The translations under genes were made by a program, and so were the position numbers. From positions 26,046 through 90,045 of the forward strand of contig CAZGYV010000002.1 in assembly GCA_964530725.1 (NCBI GenBank): a DNA stretch of 64,000 bases, read 5' to 3'. Every line of letters begins with the position of its first letter. The stretch's first letter is position 1. Under the pieces are notes generated by a model, which was not told the origin of the DNA, ran no database searches, and saw only the letters and a list, made by a program, of their open reading frames with translations. Positions 47,030 to 57,317 of this stretch are shown here, piece after piece. This stretch comes from an uncultured Candidatus Saccharibacteria bacterium (lineage in GTDB: Bacteria; Patescibacteriota; Saccharimonadia; CAILAD01; CAZGYV01).

Positions 47030-47386
47030 ATGAACAGTAAAAGAAATCTAAGTCCCGTCTTACTCGGCCTCATCATTATTATCATCGGCATCGTACTGCT
47101 GATTGGTGTGTTCTTCAAAGGGCTCAACGCCGATGTCATCATGGCGAAATACTGGCCATTATTAATCTTCTTTGTCGGAGCTATCATGGCAGCAGCCAGC
47201 CCGAAAGCCGGCCTTATGACGATGCTTTTTGGAGGTTTGCTGTTGATGTACCAAATGAACCTACTTGGAAGCGGTGCCGGCAAAGGCATAATCGGGTTTC
47301 TGATAGTGATACTTGGATTAATTGCACTTGTTACTAGTACTAGCAAGAAGAAAGGGAGCGACCGCGATTTACCGCCGCCGCGTTAA
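47030..47386 (+). CDS. small four-TM protein (LiaF TM-like)
   Basis: G..II.IG..LL ... YWPLL..G pattern. Confidence 0.7.
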   Translation: MNSKRNLSPVLLGLIIIIIGIVLLIGVFFKGLNADVIMAKYWPLLIFFVGAIMAAASPKAGLMTMLFGGLLLMYQMNLLGSGAGKGIIGFLIVILGLIALVTSTSKKKGSDRDLPPPR

Positions 47387-47395
47387 TAATAAAAA

Positions 47396-48457
47396 ATGAA
47401 AGAATCTGTACAGATTAGTAACCAAACTATTGTCCGAATATTATTTATAACTTCGATTTTTATTGGCAGCATCTTTCTGCTCTATAAAGCCTACCTACCG
47501 ATCATTTGGATAATAATCGCCTTTTTTATAGCCTTGGCCATGGAGCCATTTATCGCCTTTACTGCCAAGCTGCTGCCGGGCAAAGAATCTACCAAAAAAC
47601 GCGGGCTGGCAACTCTGATCTGTTTTTTAATAATAACAATATTTTTAGGTGGATTATTTATCGTGCTAATTCCACCCTTCGTCGGACAGATAAACAATAT
47701 GATTCGAACAATACCGAGCTGGTACGAACAGTTTATCAACTCCAACACGACATTCGCCAACTATTTTAATCAGCTCCAAATAAGCGATTTGGTCACTACT
47801 AGCCAACTATCTGCTCTGAGTAATTACGCGCTCAGCCTGGGGCGCAGTATTTTTATGACGGGTTTTGCGCTTATTATGATCGCAACTTTCACTTTTTATA
47901 TGTGCCTAGAGGGGCCGCGCTGGTTTGAAGTTTTACTCCGCTATCAACCGGCCACAGAGCGCGCAAACCGCCGCCAGATGCTAATTAAAATGCACCGAGT
48001 CGTGACTGGCTACGTCGGCGGCAATCTTTTTACTAGCTTGATCGCGTCGATCACAGCCGGTATTAGCCTGGTTATACTACAAGTCCCTTACGCTCTCGCC
48101 TTGGCAGTGACTGTCGGCGTGGTCAACCTAATACCTTTGATTGGTACCAATCTAGCCATCTTCATCGTCTGTACCATCACGCTGCTATCAAGCGGCTTCA
48201 CCAAGGCGATTATTATGCTAGTATTTTTCATTTGCTACCAAACTTTTGAGAACAGCTATTTGTCCAATCAAATTTATGCCAGAGCGGTTAATATTTCACC
48301 GCTGGTAGTTGGTATTTCATCGCTGCTCGGTGGCTTTATGGCCGGTTTCTTGGGCGCCCTAATCGCCATCCCGGTGGCGGCCAGCCTACAAATATTACTA
48401 AAATACTATCTCGATCGACACTACGCCAGCAGAAAACAAGCCCATGCCGCCAAATAA
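47396..48457 (+). CDS. AI-2E/PerM family transporter
   Basis: IPLIG, YQ.FEN, G..GALIAIP.AA. Confidence 0.9.
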   Translation: MKESVQISNQTIVRILFITSIFIGSIFLLYKAYLPIIWIIIAFFIALAMEPFIAFTAKLLPGKESTKKRGLATLICFLIITIFLGGLFIVLIPPFVGQINNMIRTIPSWYEQFINSNTTFANYFNQLQISDLVTTSQLSALSNYALSLGRSIFMTGFALIMIATFTFYMCLEGPRWFEVLLRYQPATERANRRQMLIKMHRVVTGYVGGNLFTSLIASITAGISLVILQVPYALALAVTVGVVNLIPLIGTNLAIFIVCTITLLSSGFTKAIIMLVFFICYQTFENSYLSNQIYARAVNISPLVVGISSLLGGFMAGFLGALIAIPVAASLQILLKYYLDRHYASRKQAHAAK

Positions 48458-48767
48458 GCCGGATCCGGTACCAAATTACAATAAAATCATCGGTATGGGT
48501 GGTTTTTTCATCACCCTTGGGGTGATTTTTTATCATTTCGCAGAAGGTTTGTCGTGGCTTGATAGCGCCTATTTTACAGTTATTACGCTATCGACAGTCG
48601 GCTACGGTGACATCACGCCAAAAACTCCACCCGGCAAAATTTTCACCATCTTCTACGTTTTTGTCGGTATCGTAATCTTCGTGGCCATTGCTCGCACTGT
48701 CCTGGCGCGAGCCGCTTACAAGCAACAGACAAGAGCCCATGCTCGTAAAAAAGCACAGACAAAGTAG
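48444..48767 (+). CDS. KcsA-like potassium channel (pore only)
   Basis: YFTVITLSTVGYGD selectivity filter; two TM helices. Confidence 0.93.
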   Translation: MPPNKPDPVPNYNKIIGMGGFFITLGVIFYHFAEGLSWLDSAYFTVITLSTVGYGDITPKTPPGKIFTIFYVFVGIVIFVAIARTVLARAAYKQQTRAHARKKAQTK

Positions 48768-48791
48768 CAGCTATAAAACACCATTCAAAAA

Positions 48792-49112
48792 CTACTCTTT
48801 GGTATTAAATTCGATACCGCCCGACAGACCTGCCACGACATTAAACAGCCAGCCATAAACCACGCCAATCAACCAGCCGATCGCAAAATAAATTAGCGGC
48901 AATAATATTACTGTCATAAGTCCTGCCGTCATGCCAAATAACATGCCCTTAATAAAGCTATCGGTCGTCTCGCCAAAGGCTATACTCCAACCAACTGCCG
49001 CGATCAAGGCAACGGTTAGTCCGATCAATCCCCAGGCCACACCGACGAACAGTGCCAGCGAAGTAGGCTTGACGCTCTTGATTGTCAATCCCTCACGTGC
49101 CATTTCCACCAC
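48792..49112 (-). CDS. small membrane protein (DUF3566-like)
   Basis: TIKSV.P.S...FNVVA...GGIE pattern. Confidence 0.65.
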   Translation of the reverse strand: MVEMAREGLTIKSVKPTSLALFVGVAWGLIGLTVALIAAVGWSIAFGETTDSFIKGMLFGMTAGLMTVILLPLIYFAIGWLIGVVYGWLFNVVAGLSGGIEFNTKE

Positions 49113-49275
49113 CCCCTCTCTTGTCCACGTTATGTCATAATTCTAATGCTTATTATTTCGGTAGCCTGTAATATTTGTTACAAAGGTCGCTGCAAAATCA
49201 AGCTCGCTATAAAGCGCTTCCGGTTGACATGAGGGGTGCTTTAGGAGTATCAATAAGCTAATAACGAGTAAAATC

Positions 49276-50460
49276 ATGGCCAAAGCAAATACCAATAAAT
49301 CATCTAAATGGCGTAGCTTCTTCGTCTGGGCTCTTATCACTCTTGGCTGCTTGATGACGGCAGCCTTTATAGCAGTCAACTGGACAGAACGCGTGCTGCT
49401 GACGACCGACAACTGGGTAGCGATCACTTCACCTCTACCCAAGGACGATCAAGTAGCCGGTGCGGTTGCGGAGCACACTGTTAGCAATTTTTTTGACTCG
49501 CTCGATGTCGAGACGAAAGTGCGCGATGCCCTGCCCGAGCGAGCGGTTTTCCTCGCCCCCACCCTAACAACCGCCCTACAGACACAATCTGAAAATATAA
49601 CTAAAAAATTTATCCAAAGCGACCAATTCCAAGGCCTCTGGGAGTCGGCCAATCGTCTAGCGCACGCTCGCCTGATTGAGGCTGCCCGATCAAACGATCA
49701 AGCTCCGGCCGAACGGACAATGCAGCTGGGAAATACCAGGTTCAACCTCAATTTAACCAATTTGCGCCAACACGTCGCTAGCCAGCTGCAAAGAAGCGAC
49801 CTAGGCGGTAACTTTGCCGACCCTAACGGTCAGAGTGAAATCGTGGCCGACCTCAAGCTAACGGCCCAGAATCTAAAACGCTTCATCCGCAGTACTGACG
49901 CTCTCTACGCCATATTGCCATATGTCACTATTACTATATTTCTGCTCGCGATCGCTATTGCCAACCGGCGCTACAAGGCGTTATTGGGTATTAGCATCGG
50001 TATTATGATTGTTACAACACTCCAAATAATTGGCTTGAAAATCCTCCGGCCTGAGGTCATCAACCAAGTCCAGAACAGTCTTTATCGGCCGGCCGCGGAC
50101 GTAGTTTGGGACTCGCTCATTATTCCCTTTAATAACATGGCGCGGAACTATTTCATCGCCGCCTTGAGTCTCGGCATTCTAACGATCTTTTTTGGTCCTT
50201 TCCGCGCTACGACGAATATCAGACGCAAGCTCAAGCTAACGGAGATAAAAAAAGCCAGTGTATTCGAATATGTTTTAGTCGGCCGAGGATGGATTGGGCA
50301 AAACAAAAAATATATCTGGATCGGCACGGGTGTATTGGTGCTAATTTATCTAGCTTTCACCAGTAGTCTTGACTGGATACAAGCTATCAAAATAATCACT
50401 CTGGGAATCTCCTGTGGCGCTGTTGTTGAAATGCTAGGCATCCGAACACGCACTTCCTAA
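49276..50460 (+). CDS. integral membrane protein
   Basis: 394 aa; N-terminal TM helix, extracellular helical domain, several C-terminal TM helices. Confidence 0.75.
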   Translation: MAKANTNKSSKWRSFFVWALITLGCLMTAAFIAVNWTERVLLTTDNWVAITSPLPKDDQVAGAVAEHTVSNFFDSLDVETKVRDALPERAVFLAPTLTTALQTQSENITKKFIQSDQFQGLWESANRLAHARLIEAARSNDQAPAERTMQLGNTRFNLNLTNLRQHVASQLQRSDLGGNFADPNGQSEIVADLKLTAQNLKRFIRSTDALYAILPYVTITIFLLAIAIANRRYKALLGISIGIMIVTTLQIIGLKILRPEVINQVQNSLYRPAADVVWDSLIIPFNNMARNYFIAALSLGILTIFFGPFRATTNIRRKLKLTEIKKASVFEYVLVGRGWIGQNKKYIWIGTGVLVLIYLAFTSSLDWIQAIKIITLGISCGAVVEMLGIRTRTS

Positions 50461-52034
50461 GCTGGCTTGGTTTTTAATACCTGAGTCGAAGGCGCGCTCG
50501 CCCCATTCTCATACTTCGATAAATAGCGCAAGAATCCGCCTAAAATTATTATATTCATACCAACAAAACATGAGCTAATAATGACCAGCTCGCGGGTTTG
50601 CGAGGGCAAAGGATTTGCCAGCAACAAGCTAGCCCGCACCAAAGTAAGAACAAAAATTATCAACAGGCCATACAGTCCGTACTTGACCCAAGTCTTCTCT
50701 GTATACAAGGCTAGTTTGCGTGAAACATCAAATTTTTTTTGAATCCGAACCACCCCTTTGAGAGCCATCAGATGCGTCAACATGCTCGCCAGGCCAAATG
50801 CCTCAGTAAAAAATATATTGTACGTCCCTCGGGCCGCCAGAGCGGTTAAAAAGATAGATAAAAATAAGAATGGCAAGTAAATCGTCATGAAGCCCGTAAG
50901 ACTCATGTCGACCGGGCTGGCTAGCCAAAAAATACAGAATATCGGTATTAATACGTACAGCAAGCGTTGCACGCCAGCAAGATGGGCCAAGGTGGCACTA
51001 AGATAGTTTAGTCTTTGACCAAGCGATAAGCCGGGAATTACCAGTGGAGAGTCACCGGAGCGCAATAATAGCCCGAGCGATCCGGCGGCCCAGCGCAAGC
51101 GCTGCTTGTAAAACTCTTTGAAGCTAGCCGCTTCTAAGCCAAAGGCCAGTGGTTCATCGACGAAAATCGACCGCCACCCCAAGGCATGCAGGCGCAGTGA
51201 GCTATGAATATCTTCAGTCGCGGTTCCGGTCGCGAAACCACCAATACTATCAATCGCCGCTCGCCGCAAGACAGCGCTGGTGCCGACAAAAAACGCCGCA
51301 TTGAAAGAATTTTTTGCCGGCTGGATGCACTCATAGAACATCCCCTGCTCTGACCACAGCTTACCGAGCCGCCCCTGACAATACAAAAAACTTTTGCGAT
51401 TATAGTAAGTCTGCGGCGTCTGAACAACGCCAACTGTCGCGTCATCAAAATAGCCAATCGTGCGCTCCAAAAAATTCGGTCGTGGCATATGATCACAATC
51501 AAGCAACAGCAAGAGTTCAGCTTTTGACATAACCAAGCCTTGATTTAAATTACCGGCCTTTGCATGCTGATTATCTTTACTCGCCTGATACGAAACGCCC
51601 AGCCGCCGGCACAGGCTGGCGATATCAGCCCTATTGCCGTCATCCAAAACAATAACTTTATTAATGCCACGTACCGCTTTGGCCATTTTGATAGTCGGGC
51701 CAACCACGCCAATCGACTCATTGTAAGTCGGAATTATCGCGTCAACCGTATATCTTTTGTGCGCACAGCGGTGGATGGGGTCGTAGATGCGCCGTACTAT
51801 CAGCAAAAATAGCCACGTCGTGATAATTCCATACAAGTCAGCCGCCAGCAGCAGCGGGCCGTACCAGACACTCCAATTGACCGTGCCAGACAAGCGCCAC
51901 ACCAGATAGAGCGTGGCCGCTATGCCATAGACATAAAACAACCACGGCCGCCAGGCGGTCTCAGGCCGCTGCTTAAACTCTGCCCGCCAAGCCGACGAGG
52001 TCATTTTTTTATTTGGCTCGCCACCATTAGACAA
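50457..52034 (-). CDS. processive GT2 glycosyltransferase (cellulose-synthase-like), no PilZ domain
   Basis: PTYNE, DDG, KAGNLN, LDCD, QTPQ, TED, QRLRW. Confidence 0.92.
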   Translation of the reverse strand: MSNGGEPNKKMTSSAWRAEFKQRPETAWRPWLFYVYGIAATLYLVWRLSGTVNWSVWYGPLLLAADLYGIITTWLFLLIVRRIYDPIHRCAHKRYTVDAIIPTYNESIGVVGPTIKMAKAVRGINKVIVLDDGNRADIASLCRRLGVSYQASKDNQHAKAGNLNQGLVMSKAELLLLLDCDHMPRPNFLERTIGYFDDATVGVVQTPQTYYNRKSFLYCQGRLGKLWSEQGMFYECIQPAKNSFNAAFFVGTSAVLRRAAIDSIGGFATGTATEDIHSSLRLHALGWRSIFVDEPLAFGLEAASFKEFYKQRLRWAAGSLGLLLRSGDSPLVIPGLSLGQRLNYLSATLAHLAGVQRLLYVLIPIFCIFWLASPVDMSLTGFMTIYLPFLFLSIFLTALAARGTYNIFFTEAFGLASMLTHLMALKGVVRIQKKFDVSRKLALYTEKTWVKYGLYGLLIIFVLTLVRASLLLANPLPSQTRELVIISSCFVGMNIIILGGFLRYLSKYENGASAPSTQVLKTKPA

Positions 52035-52197
52035 ACCTACCCCCTTTTTATCAATACTACCATCCCTGGTTCATCTACTGTCAATTAATTCGCTTTGAAA
52101 TGCCTTCAGACCCCGATGCCAGCCGATGTCAGCTTTAAAAAATAAAGCGCCGCCAACACACAGGGACGACGCTTTACTGAAATGATAATTTTGGTTT

Positions 52198-52740
52198 TTA
52201 CGATACTTCGTGATGCGCCAGAGAGCGGGCAATCGTAATCGCTCCAGTGATCAGAGCATAAACTCCAACCACCCAGGCAAATGCTATGCCGCTGCTAACC
52301 GGATAGCGCAAGACAACGATACCTGCCAAAAGCGCGATTATACCGGTCACTATCAACAAAGTACGGTCCTTTGCCTCGCCTTTATCAATAAAGGCCGCTA
52401 GCAGCTCGACTACACCCTGAACCAAGAAGGTAAAGCCGATCACCAAAATAAATGTCGCTACAGCCACCGTCGGACGGTTCAGCAAGTAAACACCGGCGGC
52501 AATCTCTATCACACCCAAAATAATACGCAATATCCAATGACTGCCTTTTCCGTGAAGTGTGATGCCCTCGATAATCTCGACCACGCCATCTACTAACAAG
52601 TAAATAGCGAACACTAGTGAGAAAATTACCAATGATAATCCTGGCCACGCGATCGCGATGAGTCCCAAGAAAAACAATGCCAAGCCTCTCACAATCATCA
52701 GCCACATGTCATTGTGCGGCTTTGTTGCTACAGCTTCCAT
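52198..52740 (-). CDS. HdeD/DUF308 family membrane protein
   Basis: Repeated G....G.....P helical hairpins. Confidence 0.88.
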   Translation of the reverse strand: MEAVATKPHNDMWLMIVRGLALFFLGLIAIAWPGLSLVIFSLVFAIYLLVDGVVEIIEGITLHGKGSHWILRIILGVIEIAAGVYLLNRPTVAVATFILVIGFTFLVQGVVELLAAFIDKGEAKDRTLLIVTGIIALLAGIVVLRYPVSSGIAFAWVVGVYALITGAITIARSLAHHEVS

Positions 52741-52874
52741 AACAATTCCTCTCCAAACTTAAATTTATCTGATAATTTAATTATTACTCCTTGGGGGCTT
52801 GATTTGTCAAGCAAGTTGGGCGCCGCTAGCCTCAAACTTTTTTCAAAAAAGCGATTTTGATAGTTTTTCTAAAG

Positions 52875-55364
52875 CTACCGGTAGCTGTCTTTGGGCGGCG
52901 GGATATTAGAGCTTGGAGCGGTATCGGACGAGGCATTGGCAGCCGACGGACTAGCCTGGTCTGACGGCAAGCCTTTGATTTCGTTTAAGCTTAGATTGAT
53001 AACATTTCCCGCCCCGACTTCGCCGCGCAATATTTTAGCCGCCACTACGTTTTCGACTAAGCTTTGCATAGCGCGGCGCATTGGCCGAGCCCCCAGACGA
53101 GGATCGTAGCCGGTCTCGACGATAAAGTCTTTGGCATCATCAGCTAACGCCACCTTGATGCCCTGATTCTCCATCGTTTTATTAAATTGAATTAGTAATA
53201 GGTCAACTATCTGCTTAAGCTCGGGCTTGTTGAGCGGACGGAATAACACCACCTCATCGAAACGGTTGATCAATTCCGGTCGGAAATAGTTTTTGTTGAT
53301 TATTTCGTCTTCAAACTCCTTCTCGAATTGCTCCAGGCTCTGACCGGCCTCGATCCGGCGGCGAATATCATCCGCCCCGGCATTACTGGTGCAGATAATA
53401 ATGGCTTCTTTGAAGTTAACTTTTTGGCCATTGGAGTCGCTCAAGCTGCCTTCGTCGAGCATTTGCAACAACAAATTGAGCACGTCAGGGTGGGCTTTTT
53501 CAATCTCATCAAGCAGGATTATGCTAAATGGCTTCTGGCTGACTAAGCGCAAAAAGGTCGAGCCGCCGGCCTTCTCGCTAGCAGCCGCCAGTAAGCGCGG
53601 CACGTCTGACTTGTCCTGATACTCGGTCATGTCAAGGCGGATCATATTAGCTTCGCTGCCAAAATAAATCGCCGCCAGGGACTTGGTCAGCTCGGTCTTA
53701 CCAACACCGGTGGGGCCCAAGAACAGAAAGCTGCCGACTGGCCGTTTCGGATCGCGCACGCCGGCCCGTGACCGACGCAGGGCGTTAGCCACCACGCTGA
53801 CCGCTCGGCTTTGGTTGATCATCCGCCGATGAATCGCACCCTCGAGATTGAGCAGTTGCTCCTTCTCCGCCACGTCGGCCTTGGCAACCTTGGTATTGGT
53901 GATCGCTTCGACCGCCCGGGCCACCGAATCGTCCGTCACGACATTACCGTTAGCGTAATTAAGGCTGTCTTCGAGCAAGTTCATCGCTTTAGCCGGAAAA
54001 GCCTTGCCCTGCAAAAACCGAGCCGCCAGCCGATAAGTCTCCACCAGGGCCTTGTAGGTAATCAATTTTTTGCTCGGTATTTCGTAGGCAATGGCCATAT
54101 CGCCCAGGATCGACACCGTAGTCGCCTCATCCGGCTCGTTGATATGCACCAGATTGAACATCTGCGTCAAAGCCGGATACAGCGTGCCCACGCGGTGCCA
54201 ATCAGCCGGCGTCATCGACAAAATAACTCGCACTTTGCTCTGCTGCAAAAGCGGGAAAATAATCTGCGTGATATTAAGGCCACCCGGATCGTTGGAGAAG
54301 AATATTTGCGCGTCATCTAAGAACAAAATAATATTCTGAGCATGCGCCATATCAGACATAATGCGGATCATGATTTGCTCAAGGCTTAGTCCGCGATTTA
54401 AATTGGTCGTGATGGCGGTTGATGACAGGCTGACGATCTGGTCATAGGCCAGTACGCCTTGCGTTTCGCCGCGGATCAGGCGATCGGCCAACGCGTGAAC
54501 CAGCTCGGTCTTACCGACGCCAGTCTCACCGACCAAAGCCACGCAATTGCGGTCCGGCCTGGCCAAATGCGCTTCCATTTGATCGAGCAAATTACCGCGC
54601 GCCGCCGCTGAAAAATCTAGATTGCCACTTTGTATCTCGAGGCTGATGTTGTGCGCGAAATGGTCTAGGGTCGGCGTGAAGCCAGCCGCGAAATCACGGC
54701 CAATGCCGCCAAAGACCGACTTCGGTTTGGGGCGCATATACCGACGGACGACGTTCTCCTGCCAATGAAGGCCGAGCAAAATATCCTTAGCCGTCAGATT
54801 GATTGATTGCAAATAGTGTTCGACCGGCTGGCTAGTGGTCAGAAGTGCCGTGACTACCATGCCGGCCGAGATATAGTCCTCGTTGTACGTCTCGCGCAGC
54901 ATCGAGGCTGCTCGCCAGACCGCGTCACTGTCGGTCGGTGCTTTTGAGAGCAAGCCATCGATAGTAGCCTCGTCGAGCAAAAAGCGATTGACAAAAAATC
55001 TATGCTGCCAGTTGCCCCTGATCGCCTGCCAGAGAGCCTGTGGACTGGCGGGCATTTTAAACCGATAAACGATATTGGAAGCCAGCATCTGATCAAGCCG
55101 CTTGGGATCGCGATCTTTTTTGACGGTTTTGTCCAATTCTTTCAAGTCCCACGCGAACCACGTGAGCAGCATGACGACTAGCAGCATTAAAGCAATTAGG
55201 ATGTAGCCGGCGTTAACATCGATGACAATAAGAGCAAGGCCAGATGCCGCCAGCAGTCCAGCGGCGGCTTTCAGCGCCAGCAGCAGACCTTTTTTGGTGG
55301 CGATCCGGGCAAACTTAGCCTTTTGCACTCTAGCTGTATTGATAAATTTATACTGCTCGTTCAC
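52875..55364 (-). CDS. ClpA/ClpC-like AAA+ ATPase with N-terminal TM helices
   Basis: GETGVGKT, GPTGVGKTELTK, LLDEIEKAHP, RPELINR, GARPMRR; start moved to the GTG overlapping the upstream stop. Confidence 0.9.
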   Translation of the reverse strand: MNEQYKFINTARVQKAKFARIATKKGLLLALKAAAGLLAASGLALIVIDVNAGYILIALMLLVVMLLTWFAWDLKELDKTVKKDRDPKRLDQMLASNIVYRFKMPASPQALWQAIRGNWQHRFFVNRFLLDEATIDGLLSKAPTDSDAVWRAASMLRETYNEDYISAGMVVTALLTTSQPVEHYLQSINLTAKDILLGLHWQENVVRRYMRPKPKSVFGGIGRDFAAGFTPTLDHFAHNISLEIQSGNLDFSAAARGNLLDQMEAHLARPDRNCVALVGETGVGKTELVHALADRLIRGETQGVLAYDQIVSLSSTAITTNLNRGLSLEQIMIRIMSDMAHAQNIILFLDDAQIFFSNDPGGLNITQIIFPLLQQSKVRVILSMTPADWHRVGTLYPALTQMFNLVHINEPDEATTVSILGDMAIAYEIPSKKLITYKALVETYRLAARFLQGKAFPAKAMNLLEDSLNYANGNVVTDDSVARAVEAITNTKVAKADVAEKEQLLNLEGAIHRRMINQSRAVSVVANALRRSRAGVRDPKRPVGSFLFLGPTGVGKTELTKSLAAIYFGSEANMIRLDMTEYQDKSDVPRLLAAASEKAGGSTFLRLVSQKPFSIILLDEIEKAHPDVLNLLLQMLDEGSLSDSNGQKVNFKEAIIICTSNAGADDIRRRIEAGQSLEQFEKEFEDEIINKNYFRPELINRFDEVVLFRPLNKPELKQIVDLLLIQFNKTMENQGIKVALADDAKDFIVETGYDPRLGARPMRRAMQSLVENVVAAKILRGEVGAGNVINLSLNEIKGLPSDQASPSAANASSDTAPSSNIPPPKDSYR

Positions 55365-55729
55365 GGCATCACTCCGCGGATAATAAGGCCTATTATCAGC
55401 AGCGGCGCGACTGGCCACAACACGACAAATATCACTCCCAGCACGACGGTCAGGATAAAGCCGACCGTGGCGGCTAATATCACCATGACGCGGACGATAA
55501 AGCCGATTAGACGCGAGATGAGATTATCAACCATCGCCCGCATCATCGGCCCGAAGCCTTTGGCTGGATAGGTCACGATGCGCCGCCAGGGTGCAAAAAG
55601 CGTCCGCAACAAGGTCGGTACCGAAAAAACATACCAGATATTGCGCAGGCGAGCAGCCAATTTCTTGACTAAGGTGATCCAGCCTTCGGCGTACCACCAA
55701 CGAAAAAATTCGATAAATACCATAAGCAT
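55361..55729 (-). CDS. small membrane protein coupled to the Clp ATPase
   Basis: WWY, FSV..LLRTLFAPWRR, ISR.IG...R; GTGA overlap with the next gene. Confidence 0.8.
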   Translation of the reverse strand: MLMVFIEFFRWWYAEGWITLVKKLAARLRNIWYVFSVPTLLRTLFAPWRRIVTYPAKGFGPMMRAMVDNLISRLIGFIVRVMVILAATVGFILTVVLGVIFVVLWPVAPLLIIGLIIRGVMP

Positions 55730-55823
55730 ATTCTAAGCCAATGGGCTGGTTCGAACAACTAAAGAACAAAAGGAGAGGACTGCTCTCTATTATAATTTAG
55801 TTGTTAGCATGAAGGACTTTTTA

Positions 55824-56387
55824 CTATTGCAAGTTTACCTTCACGCCATTTGAAAATGCGCTATCATGCAACTCAGCACTTACCGCTGTCTGATCTTTCG
55901 GTATATCAAACACTATCGTTCCTGACACACTATTGCCTGGGTTAATATTGTTGTACCAGCTACTGCCATTCGGTGTGTTATACATGGTGGCAACATCATC
56001 CGCTGAGTATTTTTGACCCTCAGCATTAAACAAATATTGATTACTTGAAAGAATACTTTGAGCCTGATCACCAATATTCTTGATTGCTACGCTCAACAAA
56101 CAGTACTGCCCCTGGGCATCCTTGGTTAGAAAATTCGAGCCAACATTTGACTTACCACACTCTATACTACTAACCGTAAACTGAAATTTACCATCATTTG
56201 CAGCCTCTCCTATTTTTGCGACCACGGCCTTCTTCTCGGTGGACGAGCTTGTAGAAGAAGGGGTGCTAGAATTCGTAGATTTGCCACCACCAAGTGCACT
56301 CGATACGATGCCTATTACTATTAACCCTAAGATTACAGATATAACCTTATGCCTCATAAACCAATTGGTTGATTTTTCCTTGGCCAC
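55824..56387 (-). CDS. DUF4352-like membrane-anchored Ig-fold protein
   Basis: TM helix, Ser/Thr linker, IGE...DGKFQFTV, INPGNSVSG.IVFDIP. Confidence 0.85.
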   Translation of the reverse strand: MAKEKSTNWFMRHKVISVILGLIVIGIVSSALGGGKSTNSSTPSSTSSSTEKKAVVAKIGEAANDGKFQFTVSSIECGKSNVGSNFLTKDAQGQYCLLSVAIKNIGDQAQSILSSNQYLFNAEGQKYSADDVATMYNTPNGSSWYNNINPGNSVSGTIVFDIPKDQTAVSAELHDSAFSNGVKVNLQ

Positions 56388-56498
56388 CTTTATTCTCCTT
56401 ATTACTTATAATCATTTGATTACAAGACAGTATCACATTATAGCTTTGTAGTCAAATGATTATGTTATTATACTCGGCTTTTTCCTAGGATTAAGGAG

Positions 56499-56723
56499 AT
56501 GTCAAATGACTACAAAGAAGAAGAATTTCTCAATAAATTAGCTACTAGAATAGCGCAGTTAAGGCATAATAAAAAGATTACCCAAGAAAGTCTAGCTGCA
56601 GAAGCTGGCCTCGATAGAGTAGCTATAGCCAATATAGAAACGGGCAGGCGGCGTCCCACCGTTACCACCTTATACCGTCTAGCAAAAGGTCTAAAAGTAG
56701 ACATTATTGAATTATTTAAATAG
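56499..56723 (+). CDS. XRE-family HTH regulator
   Basis: RIAQLR...ITQESLA...LDR..IANIETGRRRPT..TL..LAKGL. Confidence 0.9.
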   Translation: MSNDYKEEEFLNKLATRIAQLRHNKKITQESLAAEAGLDRVAIANIETGRRRPTVTTLYRLAKGLKVDIIELFK

Positions 56724-57028
56724 AAATTGTAACGTCACCTAGATGCCGAGAGACGCTATTCAGAGCTCGGCTTCGCTTTCAACCAAAATCTCGACCTGGA
56801 CTTCTCGTCCAGATCACGATTCTGGCGGGGAGAGCGGGATAGCGGCTTTCGTGCCGGGATTATGAGCGGGTAGAGTCTTAATGCGCCCTCGAAAAACAAG
56901 AAAGCCAAAGTTATACTTTGGTGCTTCTAGTTTTGAGCCCGAGGCGCGAAGAGGCTTTTGCCTACTTTTGGCCGTAATACAAAAGTAGAAGGAGAATTTG
57001 ATGAGTTTTTTGGAAAAGTTAATGAGAA

Positions 57029-57053
57029 GATCCTGAATCAAGTTCAGGATGAC
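57029..57053. repeat. REP-like short palindrome
   Basis: GATCCTGAATCAAGTTCAGGATGAC hairpin. Confidence 0.55.
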
Positions 57054-57190
57054 AGAAATAAAGGAGAGAGGGATAGCGGCTAACGCCTTCTCCGCTCAAT
57101 GATTCTCGATCCGCCAGCTGGCGGACTGCGAGTCATTTCGCTCCACTGAACCCTCCTGCTTCGCAGGCACGGGTTCTCATCCCTTCATAT

Positions 57191-57229
57191 CAGCAAAAAA
57201 GCCCGAGACAAGCTCGGACTTTTTTGCTG
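57191..57229 (-). terminator. hairpin/terminator downstream of the tRNA
   Basis: CAGCAAAAAAGCCCGAG/CTCGGACTTTTTTGCTG. Confidence 0.7.
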
Positions 57230-57317
57230 GCGGAGAGGGAGGGATTCGAACCCTCGATACAGTTGCCCGTATACCGCCTTTCCAAGGCGGCGCACTAGTC
57301 CACTATGCGACCTCTCC
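57228..57317 (-). tRNA. tRNA-Ser(GGA)
   Basis: GGAGAGG acceptor stem, CCGCC-TTGGAAA-GGCGG anticodon arm, long variable arm, GGTTCGAATCC T-arm, encoded CCA. Confidence 0.97.

Noticed and set aside
56814-57041. 75-aa ORF, or a second tRNA at the 56823 echo
   Set aside because: The ORF runs through palindromes, and the echo covers only the acceptor/T-arm end with no cloverleaf.
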